A stretch of 64,000 nucleotides of DNA from NCBI GenBank assembly GCA_964106645.2, contig OZ078259.1. One strand, 5' to 3'. A program made the position numbers and the translations under genes. Source of the stretch: Podarcis pityusensis (taxonomy: Eukaryota). Each line of letters opens with the position of its first letter. The stretch's first letter is position 1. Shown here piece by piece: positions 1 to 12,755 of the stretch. The notes under the pieces are model-generated. The model was not told where the DNA came from. It worked only from the letters and a program-made list of their open reading frames with translations, and did no database searches.

Positions 1-3000
1 CAATACTTGTTTTTATTAATGCATTAATTAGTGCTCCCCCTTCTCCCTCCCCTTTACCCCCCTGTGCCCATAGAATGGAATCTGCTAAACAAATGGCTCT
101 GAAGATATCCTCTTCCTTATAAGATGTTTGTGTGGCATCATGAATTAGAGGAGCAAGAGGTTTTAATTCAAACACAGTCGCAAGAAGGGATATTTTTCTC
201 CGCTCAGTTTTCTCCTTACATAAATGTTTTCTTTTATAGTGCAAATTACTATGGAGAATGTTTTGACTAAACTTTCCAGGCTTTTCCTGGCACTCTGGAG
301 AAAAGACAACTGATTGTTCAGGCTTTGTCAGGGTTCTTGACAAGCCTTTTGCTTCTCCCTCCTGCTCCCAGGGCTGTAGTCACTTGTCTCTCTGACCCCC
401 CTGCCTGCTCCCTCCAGGTATAATTCTCTACTTGGGCTGTGGGGCTTCCTGAAGGGGCTGCAATCTGCCTCCCCCTCAGTGGCCCAATTCATTCTTGCCT
501 CTTTCCAGATACCTAACATTGCAAGGGGTTGAAATAGATGGCCTTTTTGATCCCTTCGAACTCTCGGTCTGTGACTCCATGGGGGAGGCAGCTCTGCAGA
601 ATTGGCAGAGTTAGTTTACTGCCCTTGCAATAAATGCATCTTTGATCCCTAAACTAGGGAAGAGTTAATCCTTTCCACATCTACAGTGATACAATTTAAT
701 TTTTTTCCCTTCTTCTCTCAGCATGAGAGTAACAGCCAAGAATCTCAATTGGTTATGTAAATTCAAAGCAGAGGCATGATTATTCCAACTTAGTTTAATT
801 TGTGAGTGAATATAATAAAAGGTGTTCTGAAAATGAATTATAATGACGCTTGGTTCAGGCTATTCTTGCATAAAATAAGTGTCCCGACTTCTGCCTAGCT
901 GCAGGATGGATGTGTGGGGTACCCCCGCCCCGTTTGCTCTGCTGTCTCCCCTTCAAAATAAATAAATCAAATTGTGAATTTAATAGATCAGCATGCAAAA
1001 GTCCTAGGTTCAACGCCCAATATCTCTAGGTGGGAATGTTCTCTGCCTCAAAACCTGGAAAGTTGTTCCTGCCAGTCAGTGTTGACAAACTTGGAAGAAG
1101 GTAGCTTCCAATGCTCCTAAATGAAGAAGAGCCCTGCAGCTGGACCAAACCAAAGACCATCTAGCCTAGTGTCTGACATCTTACTGTGGAACAGATTGTT
1201 CTAAAGGGCATGAGGCTCTGGGTCCTGTCACTGCTAGTGCTAAGTACCAGTGTCCTCTCTTTACCTCCTCCTCCTCTTTATCTTGGTGCTTTGGTCACAG
1301 TTTCCACCTCTGTTTGCTTTGGGGTCAGGGTGTTCCACTGGGATGGATGCTGCAGAGAGTCACCTCAGGTTGTAGTGTGGACATGCCACCTGAAGATGGG
1401 GGCAGGCTGTTGCTACCCCCCCACCCCCGTTGCACCCGCTATTCTTTGGAGCAAATAAATCTACACAAATCCTAATTGCTATTAAAAAAAACCCAGTTGT
1501 ACCCCAGGCTATTCAATATATAGCAGAGCTTAAAAGCACTTACTGCCTTTCCCCTTCTTGCTGGAAAAAGATGAAACAAACCCATTTGTAGAAAAGCCTC
1601 AAATGCAGAAACCAACTATTCTAATTTCCAGCCCATTCCTTTTATTCTTCCCCCTTTCTAAAATGTAAAAGGAGGGGGGCACAATGCACAGAAGAAATGA
1701 TTTCCATAAGCAGACCATTTTGGCAGCTAATTTTACCACCACTTACATCTGACTTTATGACTAAGATCTCATGCTAACTATATTAATCCTATCAGGTTTT
1801 GGGAGCAAGAAAAAATGAGACTGTATATTTTATGGATGCAGTAACTTCTGAGCCATTAGACATCTATGCTGACATGAAAGTAATCAAATATTACAGGGCA
1901 CCAGTTTCCCCCATGAAAACCCTGGGTGTTTGAATGTAGGTGGGGGATGTTCAGATGACCCCTTGAATATTACTGGTTATAGGTGAGCAGTCTTTCATTT
2001 TTCCTTAGTTGTGAAAGAGGCAGGTGTGTCCCACCTTAGTTGCATGATACCAGAGGCCCTTGGGTCCATTGTAGTGGGAGGGGTGGATTGGTGCTGTTTA
2101 GTTTTAATTTAATATTATCTTGTTTTTTGGTGTAGCAGCCATTTATGTAATGCAGCTGATGGCAAAATGTTTTGTTAAGGGTTTTTCAGTTATGTCTGAT
2201 TCTGGAGAGAATATAATGGTTCTCAGAAACCCAATTAAGAAGCTAGAACATTAATGGGGGCCATAAATCATCAAGTTAGAGGCTTGGGAGGAGCCAGCAA
2301 GAGTGGTTCAACTTGCCCTTTTGGCCAGTTTGCTGTTCTGCTGCTCAGTCATTATGAGGGACATGCAGGGAGGTTTGGGGATGCATAGGGGCAGGGAACT
2401 CAACTGCTGCCTAAGGATGCCACTTGGCGCAAGGGACTCTGGCTCTTAGGCATCTCCTGGCCCTCTTTGGATGGTGTTCTCTGTGGGGAATCACCCATGC
2501 CAAGAGGGACACGATGCTGAGCAATGCCATTCTTGCTATTTAACTAATGTGGCGAGTGAGCTTGAAAGCTGTTTCAACAACTGTTTGTTTCTTAAGAAGA
2601 ACTTTGTGGTTAAAAATAAAATAAAAAGAGGAGGAGGAGGAGAAAACAGCAAGGGAAAGCACGGTCTTATTTGAGCTTGACTGCAAAATTTCCTGTATTT
2701 CCCAATTTTGAAGGTTGTAACTTCAGCGGTGCAGAACGTGCATTTTTCAGAGCTCTCTCACTGAAGAGACCTGGCTGAAATTCTCTCTTACTGTGATTCT
2801 CATTCTTTCAGCTGGGAAGGGCTCTGTGGGGTCAGTGCATTTACTCCATTGCTGCAACCCTGGACCTGTGTAAAGCATTGTTTTGCTACTTTCCCTGATG
2901 ACCTAGATGCCTCCTCCCCATTGCCCAGCAATCCATCCTAATCTGGTAGCTACAAATGGAAAGGCAGGAAGAAATTCCAGTTCATGAACAGGACCTGAGC

Positions 3001-6000
3001 TCCACAGTAGCAACTCTCCATACTTGCAATTTCCAGCAACTGGACCATCATGGCAGGATGTCTCTGAATACCAGTTGCTGGGGGTGGGGTAGTGGTTACT
3101 GGTATACTGATCCTCAGGCATGTCCAAAGTCCGATTAGGGGGCCTAATCCGGCCTGCCGGTTGGTTTAATCTGGCCCCTGTGGCAGTTTATTCTCTGGGG
3201 TAAAATCCTAAAAAAAACCTTAACAACCTGAATCCTAAAAAAAAGCTCAACACAGCCCTTCACTTCATCAAATCTGGCTCTCTTTGAAAAAACTTTGGAC
3301 ACCACTGCTCCAAGAGCTTGCTTAATCCTCTTTGTCCAGGAAACTGAGCTAAAGAAGGGGATGTTTGCTGATGAATGTCTCTGGGTCCTTTTGCCCTTGC
3401 TTTGACACTTGCACAAGTGAGGAGTGTTTTACTGGTTCCTGGAGTGCTGCAAAGAACTAATGGGCCCACTCAGTTTTGTTCTGTCCTCATCTCTGGGTCT
3501 TCATCCCCAGCTGTTCCACACACAGGAGTCCCCCCCCCCCCATAGGCACTGGTGGGGGGCAGTGGTTGAGTAAGGGGAGAATGGCTGGGAAAGCTATTCC
3601 CTATCCCTCAGCAGATGGACAAAACAGCAGCAGAATCATTCCCTGAGTCTTGTCACTTTCCAGGTTCAGGTCACCTGGTGGTTTATGCAGCCCCTCGTCT
3701 TCTGCCTCAGAAGGAAGGCAAAGTATAGGAAAAGGACTTGGCTTCATAGGCTGAGCATTTGAATATTTTCACAGGCAAGCAGAGAAAAGCATATTGATCC
3801 AGGGAAGCTTCCCAAAATGCTGGTCTTATTTGCAAACCTTGGAAGCGCTTCCAGCTTCTGCATAATTATTTTCTTTTTTTAAAAAAGGAAGCATACATGA
3901 AATACAGTATAACGTCAGGACGATAGTTGATCGTAAGTTGTAGGTGGAGGTTTGCTGCAAAATGAATGAGTGCCCAGATCCAAGGATGGTGGTATTTTGC
4001 ACCAGGGAGGCCAGGAAAATATCTGCACTGTAGACACCTTTGTGTGTAACAAGCTTTTAGAAGGTTTTTGCCCAATGTCTGCTTGTGGACCTGGAGTGAA
4101 GCCACAAGTTAGTTTGCTTGCTGGGCTGCAGCTCCATTGCTTTGCTTACAGTTTACAGAAGAGCCAAGGCTGCCTCCGTTTCCTCTCCATTCTTCCAGCC
4201 CACCTATGGGACCTCCTATAAGGCAAGGTGGGCAGGGTCACACAGAGGGCTGCTCCCCAAGGCTGCTTGTTCAGGAAAACCTCTGAATTTGTTGACATAC
4301 TTGAGAAGTGAATCGGCTCCTAATGAGTGCTTTGTGTGGGGTGATCATCTAATGGGGGGGGGAGTGGGGTCTTGCACTTCCTCCTCCTGCAAGATTTCAA
4401 AGGATTCAGGAAGGCAGCGTGGATGTGGAATTCTTGGGCTGTGTGGACACAAGAAGATTGTCAGTTGAGGTGTCTGGTGTGCAGCAGGAGCAGCAGCACC
4501 TCATGGTTGTGGGAGTAGAGAAGAGCTTCCCCTACTTTTTAGAAAGGCCTTTCGGTGTCTGGGTTGATAACTGCCAATCAAGCTTCCATAGTTATGGAAG
4601 GTATACCCCTAACCACCCGCTTCTGGGGAAGGGCAGCAGGTACATAGCCCCAGGTGCCATAGCCCCAGGTCTTGAGTTTGGGCTGTCCCTTTCCCACCTT
4701 GCCTTGTCCAAAGCAACCTCCTCCAGAACTCCCTCATTGGGGAACTTCAGGTTTTGCTCTGATATGATGTTGGATGGCCACCTGTCAGGGATGCTTTCGT
4801 TATGATGCTTTCGCTGCTGGGGGTTGAACCAGATGACCCTTGGGGGCTCTTTCAGCTCTATGATTCTATGAAGAAATGTGGCACTGGGGTGGAGGTGCAA
4901 GGGTGGAAGCAGCTTAAGGTGTAAAGCACTCGTGTTCTGCAAACGCAAGGCTGGGGACTTGCCCTTGTCTGTATGCCATGGTGTGGGGCAGAGTTGGCCC
5001 TCACCAGCTGTGAGTTCTGAGTGCTCCTTCCATTGGAAAGAAAATGGAATATGGGCATTACAGCTTCTTCTGTGGGGGGTGGAGGGTGGTCCAGTGTTTG
5101 TGTGTTGCCCCCCTCCTTCTCTCTCCCCACCCCCTGATGCATTCTCTTGCTTTCTTCCACCTGCTTTCTTCCCTGGTTCAGCCTCTTCCTAGTTGCTCCT
5201 TCCAGCCTTTGGCTTAGAGGCTCTCCCAGCCTGGGTGGCTGCTGCCTTGTCTCGCCTGCCCTCCTTCCTTGTAATTCTGTCATGAATCAGAGCAACTTTT
5301 AACAAAACAAGATCCTCTCACTGTTGCAAAAGAGCTTTGGGGAAATCTGGCTTTTGTGGTTCAGGGTCTTACTCCGATGCACCAGGAAGGCAGGCAACGT
5401 TTAGCTTTTATTTGGCCCAGAGGATTCTTACAACATTATCCACATTTCCTTTAATTTGTGGGATTTCTAGTAAATGGGTTTAAAATTAGGTCCGGGCACA
5501 AAGCCAAAGAACATCTGAATGGTGCAAAACTGCAAGGCAACAAATGGCGAATTCTGAACAGTTTGCTTTCATTTCTCTCTGGGTGCTGGCAGGATTAACG
5601 GAAGAAAGTGTGTAGGGGTGGGGGTTATATTTTTCTCTAAACCAGCTGGGGAGAGGCATTGCCCAGTCATCCTACCCCACCTGTACCTTCTTTGGATGTA
5701 TGAATGGGCTTAATTAATGCACATCAGTTAAAGGAGCACATTAAAAGGCATTAATCAGGACTGGTCCCCTACACCTCTGCCTGGCCACTGGGCTCCTTAG
5801 GTTGTGGCCCTGCTGAGGGTGCCACGCCTGAGGAGTATGTTTAGTTTGCACTGGAAACTGGGCTTTTAGTGCTGTGGCTCCAGCCTTCTGGAATTAAACA
5901 AGTGCCTTGATATTTAGTCACTTTTCTTAAGGAAGCATTCCTTGAAATGGGACCCAGTCATTTGATGGAATAGTAATGGTATAATTGTGTAAGTCCATCT

Positions 6001-6148
6001 ATTGCCTTTATTTTGCTGAGTTTGTCATCTTCACACAGCTTCATTAACATTTTTGTTGTGAAGATGTTTATGAACCTGCAATCACTCGATTCCCCCAAGG
6101 GAAATAAGAGGGAAAAGAGGAAGATGGAGTTCACTTGCTGGGGGTGGT

Positions 6149-6690
6149 TGTTGTTGTTTAGTCATTTAGTCGTGTCCGACTCTTCATGACCCCATGGACC
6201 AGAGCATGCCAGGCACTCCTGTCTTCCACTGCCTCCCGCAGTTTGGTCAGACTCATATTTGTAGCTTCCAGAACACTGTCTAATCATCTCATCCTCTGTC
6301 GTCCCCTTCTTCTTGTGCCCTCAGTCTTTCCCAACATCAGGGTCTTTTCCACGGAGTCTTCTCTTCTCATGAGGTGGCCAAAGTATTGGAGCCTCAGCTT
6401 CAAGATCTGTCCTTCCAGCGAGCACTCAGGGCTGATTTCCTTAAGAATGGATATGTTTGATCTTCTTGCAGTCCATGGGACTCTCAAGAGTCTCCTCCAG
6501 CACCATAATTCAAAAGCATCAATTCTTCGGCGATCAGCCTTCTTTATGGTCCAGCTCTCACTTCCATACATCACTACTGGGAAAACCATAGCTTTTACTA
6601 TACGGACCTTTGTTGGCAAGGTGATGTCTCTGCTTTTTAAGATGTTGTCTAGGTTTGCCATCGCCTTTCTCCCAAGGAGCAGGCGTCTAC
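6149..6690 (-). mobile_element. RTE-BovB LINE, 5'-truncated 3' fragment
   Basis: Minus-strand peptide RRLLLGRKAMANLDNILKSRDITLPTKVRIVKAMVFPVVMYGSESWTIKKADRRRIDAFELWCWRRLL...; (CAA)n tail; TSD tgctgggggtggt (6136-6148) / tgttgggggtggt (6691-6703). Confidence 0.93.
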
Positions 6691-8291
6691 TGTTGGGGGT
6701 GGTAGATGCCCTAAAGAAGAAGTGGCTGCCATGTGGGGGCCGGTGATGGACAGAGGTGGTGGTCTCCTGCAAAATGTCCTCCTTTTCAAACCAGAACTCT
6801 GTGAGCAGGCGAAAATGTGAGCAGCTGCTGTTCCACGCTCCACTGGGAGGTCTCCTCCAGCTAGCCCCACAATACTTAACCATCCTTACATGTGAAAGGG
6901 AACTAATTACTCCCAGGGAGAGTCTTAACCAGCTTAACCAGAAGGCTAATGATTTTGGGGGTAGGGGGATAGATATTGCAATGAGCGTCCAAGTCTTAAG
7001 GAGATTTCTGAAAGAGGTTGCAGGAGGAGGAGGTGGCTGAGTCAGGCCTTTGGTCACTCCCATCAGCCCTGGTTGGCATGGCCAGAGGCTAAGGGTCATG
7101 GTGAGAGTTGGGAGTTCCCATGCTGTAGTGGCAGCTCTCTAAGACTTGAGGTAGAAAAAAGGACCTTCCCCAGCCCCACCTGGAGGTGGTGTTTGGGGCT
7201 GAACCTGGGAACTTCTGCCCCCTCCCTTCCCCCATCCAGCCTGCTGAGTCCTTCTTAACCATCAGCTGTGTCTTCCTTTGCCTCCCCGGGGTGGCTGTCA
7301 TCTGTGACTTGTTCTCTCCCTTGGCCTTTAGCAAAGAGTGGGGAAGTAGCAGCAATGCTTAGAACCCCCAGAAAAAAAACACAGGCAGAGAGAAAGTCAA
7401 ACTATCTCAATTTTAAAAGTAAAATAACAAATGGGAAGGCGAGGGGAGGTGGGTGGGTGCTGTGGGGCTACCCACAGGTACCACATTGAGTGTGTGGGTG
7501 GGGACCCAGCTTTAAATAACACACATTTGGTTTTCCTGCTGCCTTCTGTGTAGTTTATTATTTTAATGTGATTTTATCTGAAATGTTGTGCTTGCTAGCT
7601 GCCTTCTGGACCCAAATTGCACAGGGAGGTGGGATCCCAAGGACAGCATAGAATTGTAGGGTTGGAAGGGACCCAAAGGGTCATCTACTCCAACTCATCT
7701 AGTCCAACCCATAGAACAGAGCAACCTCTGGGGAGGGGCCCTTCTCCCTTCCTGCCACCTGTCCTGAACCTCAGTTCCTATCCTGGGTGCAGGGTGGGTT
7801 CCAACCTTATTGTTGTTTCCCAGACAGTTTTTGCAATACCAGACCTGAATGGCAATACAGCAACTGTAAATCTCTAAGAGAGAAAGGATTACATCTGATT
7901 TTAAGCACAATTAGAAATGCAAGTGGAACACTTTGTATTTCACCTCATCGTCTACTATTTATGGCACGATATGCAAATAAACCAAGCTATGAATATTAAA
8001 CTTGTAAACTCTTTCTCTGCCTCTTTGAAGGGTGCAGCTGGGGGGGGGCCTTAACCACTGGCTCTGATGGCTCAAGGGGGCCCTGTCCACCCCAGAGCTT
8101 CCCTTGTGGCAAGAGGAAGGGAGGGCTGGAAACTACCTAGATGAAATGGGTTCAATCCTTGGGAGATCACAGAATAACAGGATTGTAGGACTGGAAGGGA
8201 CTCAAGGGTCATCTAGTCCAACCCCTTGCAATGCAGGAATCTCAGCTAAAACATCCCTGACAGATAGCCATTATGAGTCAGTTGATGAAGA

Positions 8292-8666
8292 GTAAAGGTA
8301 AAGGACCCCTGGACAGTTAAATCCAGTCAAAGGCGACTATGGGGTTGCAGTGTTCATATGCTTTCAGGCTGAGGGAGCCGGCGTTTGTCCACAGCCAGCT
8401 TTCTGGGTCATGTGGCCAGCATGACTAAACTGCTTCTGATGCAATGGAACACCGGGACGGAAACCAGAGCACATGGAAATGTCATTTACCTTCCCGCCGT
8501 AGCAGTACCTATTTATCTACTTGCACTGGTGTGCTTTTGAACTGCTAGGTTGGCAGGAGCTGGCACAGAGCAACGAGAGCTCACCCCGTTGCGGGGATTC
8601 AAACCTCCAACCTTCTGATCGGCAAGCCCAAGAGGCTCAGTGGTTTAGACCACAGCGCCACCCGCG
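8292..8666 (-). mobile_element. Sauria SINE (Squam1-type)
   Basis: Reverse complement of (ACCTTT)n tail at 8292; body homologous to copies at 43812 and 62437. Confidence 0.88.
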
Positions 8667-8721
8667 CTGCCCTTCCAGGAGGCTTTGTAGGACTGGAGAT
8701 GGCGGAGAACCCTTTGAATAG

Positions 8722-8893
8722 GGGCTGGACTATATTTTTTTGGGGGGAGAAATGAACGAATTCCTATGCCCCACAAATAAAAAGTCACATTCTTCTCATG
8801 TAAAAACATGCTGATTCCCGGACCATCTGTGGGTCGGATTTAGAAGGCAATTGGGCTGGATCCAGTCCCCGGGCCTTAGTTTACCTACCCATG
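8722..8893. mobile_element. hAT-type MITE fragment
   Basis: Reverse-orientation homolog of 17355-17608; ends ...ttagtttacctacccatg. Confidence 0.65.
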
Positions 8894-9701
8894 TGCTAGA
8901 GACCCCCACCCTGCCCTACTGTGTAGGAGGGAGTATGGAGAAATCTGCTATCCAACCTCCTCTTCCCAGGACAAGCTCCTGTGTGGAGGCTCTTGCTCCA
9001 GCTCCCTCTGAGAGAGAGAGGGATTCATGGGAAGGGAGGCAGCCTTGTGGGCACACGGCTGCTCTTCCCCAGATTTGTGCTGAGATAAGCACCCAATTTG
9101 CTTTCTGTTGGTGCAAGTGAAATGCCCATAGTAGCACCCCTGTTTTGTACCTTCCCATCAGCATGCAGAATAGTGGCCCCCAGTGAGACCCAAGGCAGCA
9201 AGACCCACTGCTTGCCTTGGAGGCAGTGAGACCTACACTGCTCTTTGACTATGTTGCTCCAGGGCACCACCTCCAGATCCTGCTCTTTGAAGTCTAGTCT
9301 CTCCTTTGCCTGTTTCTGTTTGATTCTCCAATGTGCTTATGTCGGAGCCCCTCATCCAAGGCTAGTTATTCTTTGGGGCTACTATGTCAAGGTAGCAAAT
9401 GGCTAATTGTTACATTTTGGGGGTGCAGTTTCATGCTTTGTTTTGTGGTCCAGGGCCTCAAGCTGGCTTGGGCCATCTCTGTGCAGCTTTTGTTGCACCG
9501 TCTTCCTGAGTAGGGCCCTCCTCCCTCTGCTGATATCTGTCCCGCAGGTGGTATTGTGAAAGGAAATCCCAGATTCTTCCCTGTGGAGCAGCAGCACACA
9601 TGTGCCCCCTGCTCCCAGAAGGCAGGGCTTGCTTGTTCCTGGGTAGAGTCTGGCCTTGCTGGTCACAGAAGCAGGCAGAGTACTTCGATGGCTGCGGGCG
9701 T

Positions 9702-9703
<2 letters not shown>

Positions 9704-9739
<36 letters not shown>
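9704..9739. repeat. (GT)n microsatellite
   Basis: Direct read. Confidence 0.95.
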
Positions 9740-9741
<2 letters not shown>

Positions 9742-10089
9742 AGTGTCACAGTCTCCGTGAAGAACAGACATGGCTCATGAATGCAAATGGAAAATATGCC
9801 AATCTCAGCATCGTAGTTGCATGTGATAAATACTATTTGCATATCATTTTCCTGACTTTTATGAGCATCTGAATACAGTTTCGCTTATTCTTCAGCTTCA
9901 TAGCTAGCAGATTGGGAAGGTATGAATGGGGAATGTGTTTCAGCTCTTACAGCAACATACAGGCCCGAGTCTTTTTTCATGCTGATGTGAAGTTTCAGAA
10001 CCAAACAAGGAAGGGAATCATCAGGCTGCCTCCACCTCCAAGCACCTGAAGGACCACTGATTTATTTATTTTTGGCGGGGTGTGTGTGA

Positions 10090-10808
10090 GCTTATTGTTG
10101 GCATCCACCTGTCTCCAGAGTGCTCCTTCAGGGGTGAAGTTAAACCATTGCATTAGCAGCACCGAAGTGATTTCGCTGGGGAGTAACCAGTGTATATGGA
10201 GGTCCAGGCTGTCCATATGGCAAGACCCCCCTCTCAGCCTTGCTAATGTGGTTCAAAGAAAAGCAGAACAATATGTTTGGCATCAGCTTGGCTGCAGGAG
10301 TTGTCAGGAGACACTCAAGGCATCTTCCAAGCATCTTAGGGACTCCACTCTGGAATTGTGTAGGGTTTACTCCTTAGCCTTTTCTTCTCCCAAAGAAGGC
10401 AGCAGGGGTTTAGGATCTGAGTTTTCCATCTCCTAGTTGAGCTTCCTTCACAGGTTGATGAGCTCCATCTGCCCCTCACTTCCCTCTACAGCATGTGCAG
10501 AAACCGCCTTCTTGACCATTGGACCCACTATTAGACTCTCTTCTCAGTCTGCTGGAGCCTGTCTTCATATGCAGGTGACGTCCCTAACTCACTTAGGTTT
10601 TAAGAACCATCGGCTACTCTCACCTGGTTTAGCTAGCCAGTTGAAGCTGTTTCCTGGGGTGTGGCTGCTGTTGCATGTTGACAGCTTCTAGGAGCCACAG
10701 GTGAGAGCTGAATGCAGGGTGGGGACCCCAAGGTGGACAGACTACCCCCAAAGGAGCATGATGTGTCCCCATCCAGAGGTATTACTCCTCCCCTAACACC
10801 CCATACAC
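10090..10808 (-). mobile_element. Bipartite non-autonomous RTE-derived element (5'UTR fused to 3' end)
   Basis: 10150-10305 matches the 5'UTR of the RTE at 18385-18535; 10092-10148 matches its 3' end at 13990-14055; no ORF between. Confidence 0.72.
10617..10802 (-). ncRNA. Candidate HDV-like self-cleaving ribozyme at the RTE-derivative 5' end (decayed copy)
   Basis: Minus strand: P1 GGGGTGT/ACACCCC, P2 CTCTCACCTG/CAGGTGAGAG, P3 GGC/GCC, L3 starting TCC, GG just after P1, weak P4 hairpin, J4/2 GCTAA. Confidence 0.55.
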
Positions 10809-12311
10809 TCTGGGTAGTGAGAAGCCCACAGTCATTCATCTTTTTGCATATTTCAATAGGGACTAGCAATGTCTTGTTGCAAAAACCTAGACTCACAGAA
10901 ACCCAGCCTAGGAAAAGAGTTTCAAGGTTGAGGTCATGGGCAGCAAACTGAGAGCAGCAGCTGCAGTAGGACCAAAGAGCAACCAAGGATACAGGAACAC
11001 ACCAGGGTGGGCTGAGGAAGACCTTGTGGCTCAAGCAAGGTCCAGCTGAAACAGCAGCCTTTTCAACCCCTTCCTGCCCATGAAGGTCCAGTGGCCAGAT
11101 TGGGTGGGGGGCAGAGTGTGTGACTTGTTGCAGTTCTGTGGCTTACTGCATGGGACAGCTGCATTCAGGCCCAGCAGTTGCTGAGGGAGTCCAGAGGCTG
11201 GGGGGGGGCATCCAGTTATCCCCCCTCCCTGAATTTTGAAGGGGGTGGTGCTGCGAAGGTCAGGAGGGGGGAGACTGGGGGAATCCCACCTGAATCTGGC
11301 CTAAGGCTGCCTTGTAGCCTTTGGCTGATAATCCAGATGGGGGACACTATGCTCAGGTTCCTGTCCAGTGTCATGGGAGGGAAGGAGAGAGAAGCGCCTC
11401 TACAGACCCTGCAAAAGTGAGTCCCCCAGCTACTTGCCTGCCTGCCAGCCAGCCAGCCAGCCAGATGGAGGAGTGAGCTGCCTTCTGCCTTTTCCCTTTC
11501 CCCTACCTTAAAAAAAAGGGGGGGACCCACCCGTCCCCATTGCATCAGAACTAGGCAGCATTCCTGGTGCTCTCATGTCTGTTTCTGCTGACTCACAGAG
11601 TAACTTGCTGAAGGGAGAGAAAAAAACAACCACGCAAAGTTCAGGGCTGGACATCCCATCCCACCATACTAGGCAATGAGCTGAAGCAAGAAACCGCCTG
11701 CTAGAGGAGAGAGAGGGTGCGAATGCAAAGAGGTATATTCCTCTTCTGCTTTGCTGTCCTGGTGCATTGGGGAGGAGGTTTGAGGCCAGCCGGCTAGCCC
11801 AGGGGCTTCTCAGCAAATGCTGCCTCGGTGGTTCTGCTCCGCATCTGCTGCTCTTGTCCTTGTGGTGGTTGCCTGTAGACTTTGGGCATCCAGCCTCCTC
11901 TTCCTTCTTCGGGGTTCCTCTTTTTGAATTGGGACCCTTCGGTACGGCATGCCTCTTCCCATTCTTTTCATCTTCACCTGAAATCTTGAAATGCCAAGGC
12001 TTGCCCAGGCACTATCGGCACTGTGAACCACCCCCATCCCTTCTTCTGAATGCTTCTGTACTATGAAGGTGGGGGGAACCCCACCCCACCCCAACTACAG
12101 CTCCCCTCCTTGGCCTCAGTATCTTGGTCAGCATTCTCTGTAAAGGTAACATTGCTTTGGGGTTGTTTTTGACACCCTCCAGAAAATGGCTGTGGTTTGG
12201 GAGGCATATTAGTTGGGAAAGGTGGTTAGAAGGCAACACTGTCTTTGGTTGCTTTCCTCCTTGTGGAAGCTGTAATCAGTGTTTGGGCAACTTGCTCTGT
12301 TGGTAGCAGGT

Positions 12312-12505
12312 TACTTAGGAAGCCACCTTATACAAGATTGGAATGTTAATCCCTGTAGCACAGTGTTGTTTCACTGACAGGAACCAGTGGCTCTCCAGGG
12401 TTTCAGGCAGAAGGCAGTCTCAGCCCTTACCTGGAGATGCTGCCAGTAGGGCTTCAACCTGGGACCTTCTGCGTACAAAGCAGGTGCTCTGTCACTGAGC
12501 TAACT
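12312..12505 (-). mobile_element. tRNA-derived squamate SINE (Squam3-like)
   Basis: Reverse complement begins TAGCTCAGTG...AGAGCA...CCCAGGTTGAA (A/B boxes); related decayed copies near 990, 7120, 24480, 42530. Confidence 0.6.
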
Positions 12506-12755
12506 GGCTTCTTCCTCTAATGTTTTGCCTTGATAACATCTTTCCCCAGCCTTTCTGGGCTGATGGAGGGGGGGGGGGGAGAGAGGGACTATAGAGTGCT
12601 CTATAGAGTCATGAGAGCCCTGCAGCTGGACCTGCCTAGAGGCATTCTGTTCTCACAGAGGGAAGCCAGATGACTAGTGGGAAGCCCATAAGCAGGACCT
12701 GTGTGCAACAGCACCCTAGCTGAACCACCCTGTGATCTTCAGATGAAGGGCAGTA

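Noticed and set aside
1-6100. Short ORFs or an upstream gene such as TMEM250
   Set aside because: No recognisable peptide or exon chain; probably NACC2 5' intron with old repeat fragments.
6186-7099. 186-aa (+) and 271-aa (-) ORFs as host genes
   Set aside because: Explained by the BovB fragment and its antisense; the N-terminal part of the minus ORF is unrelated flanking DNA.
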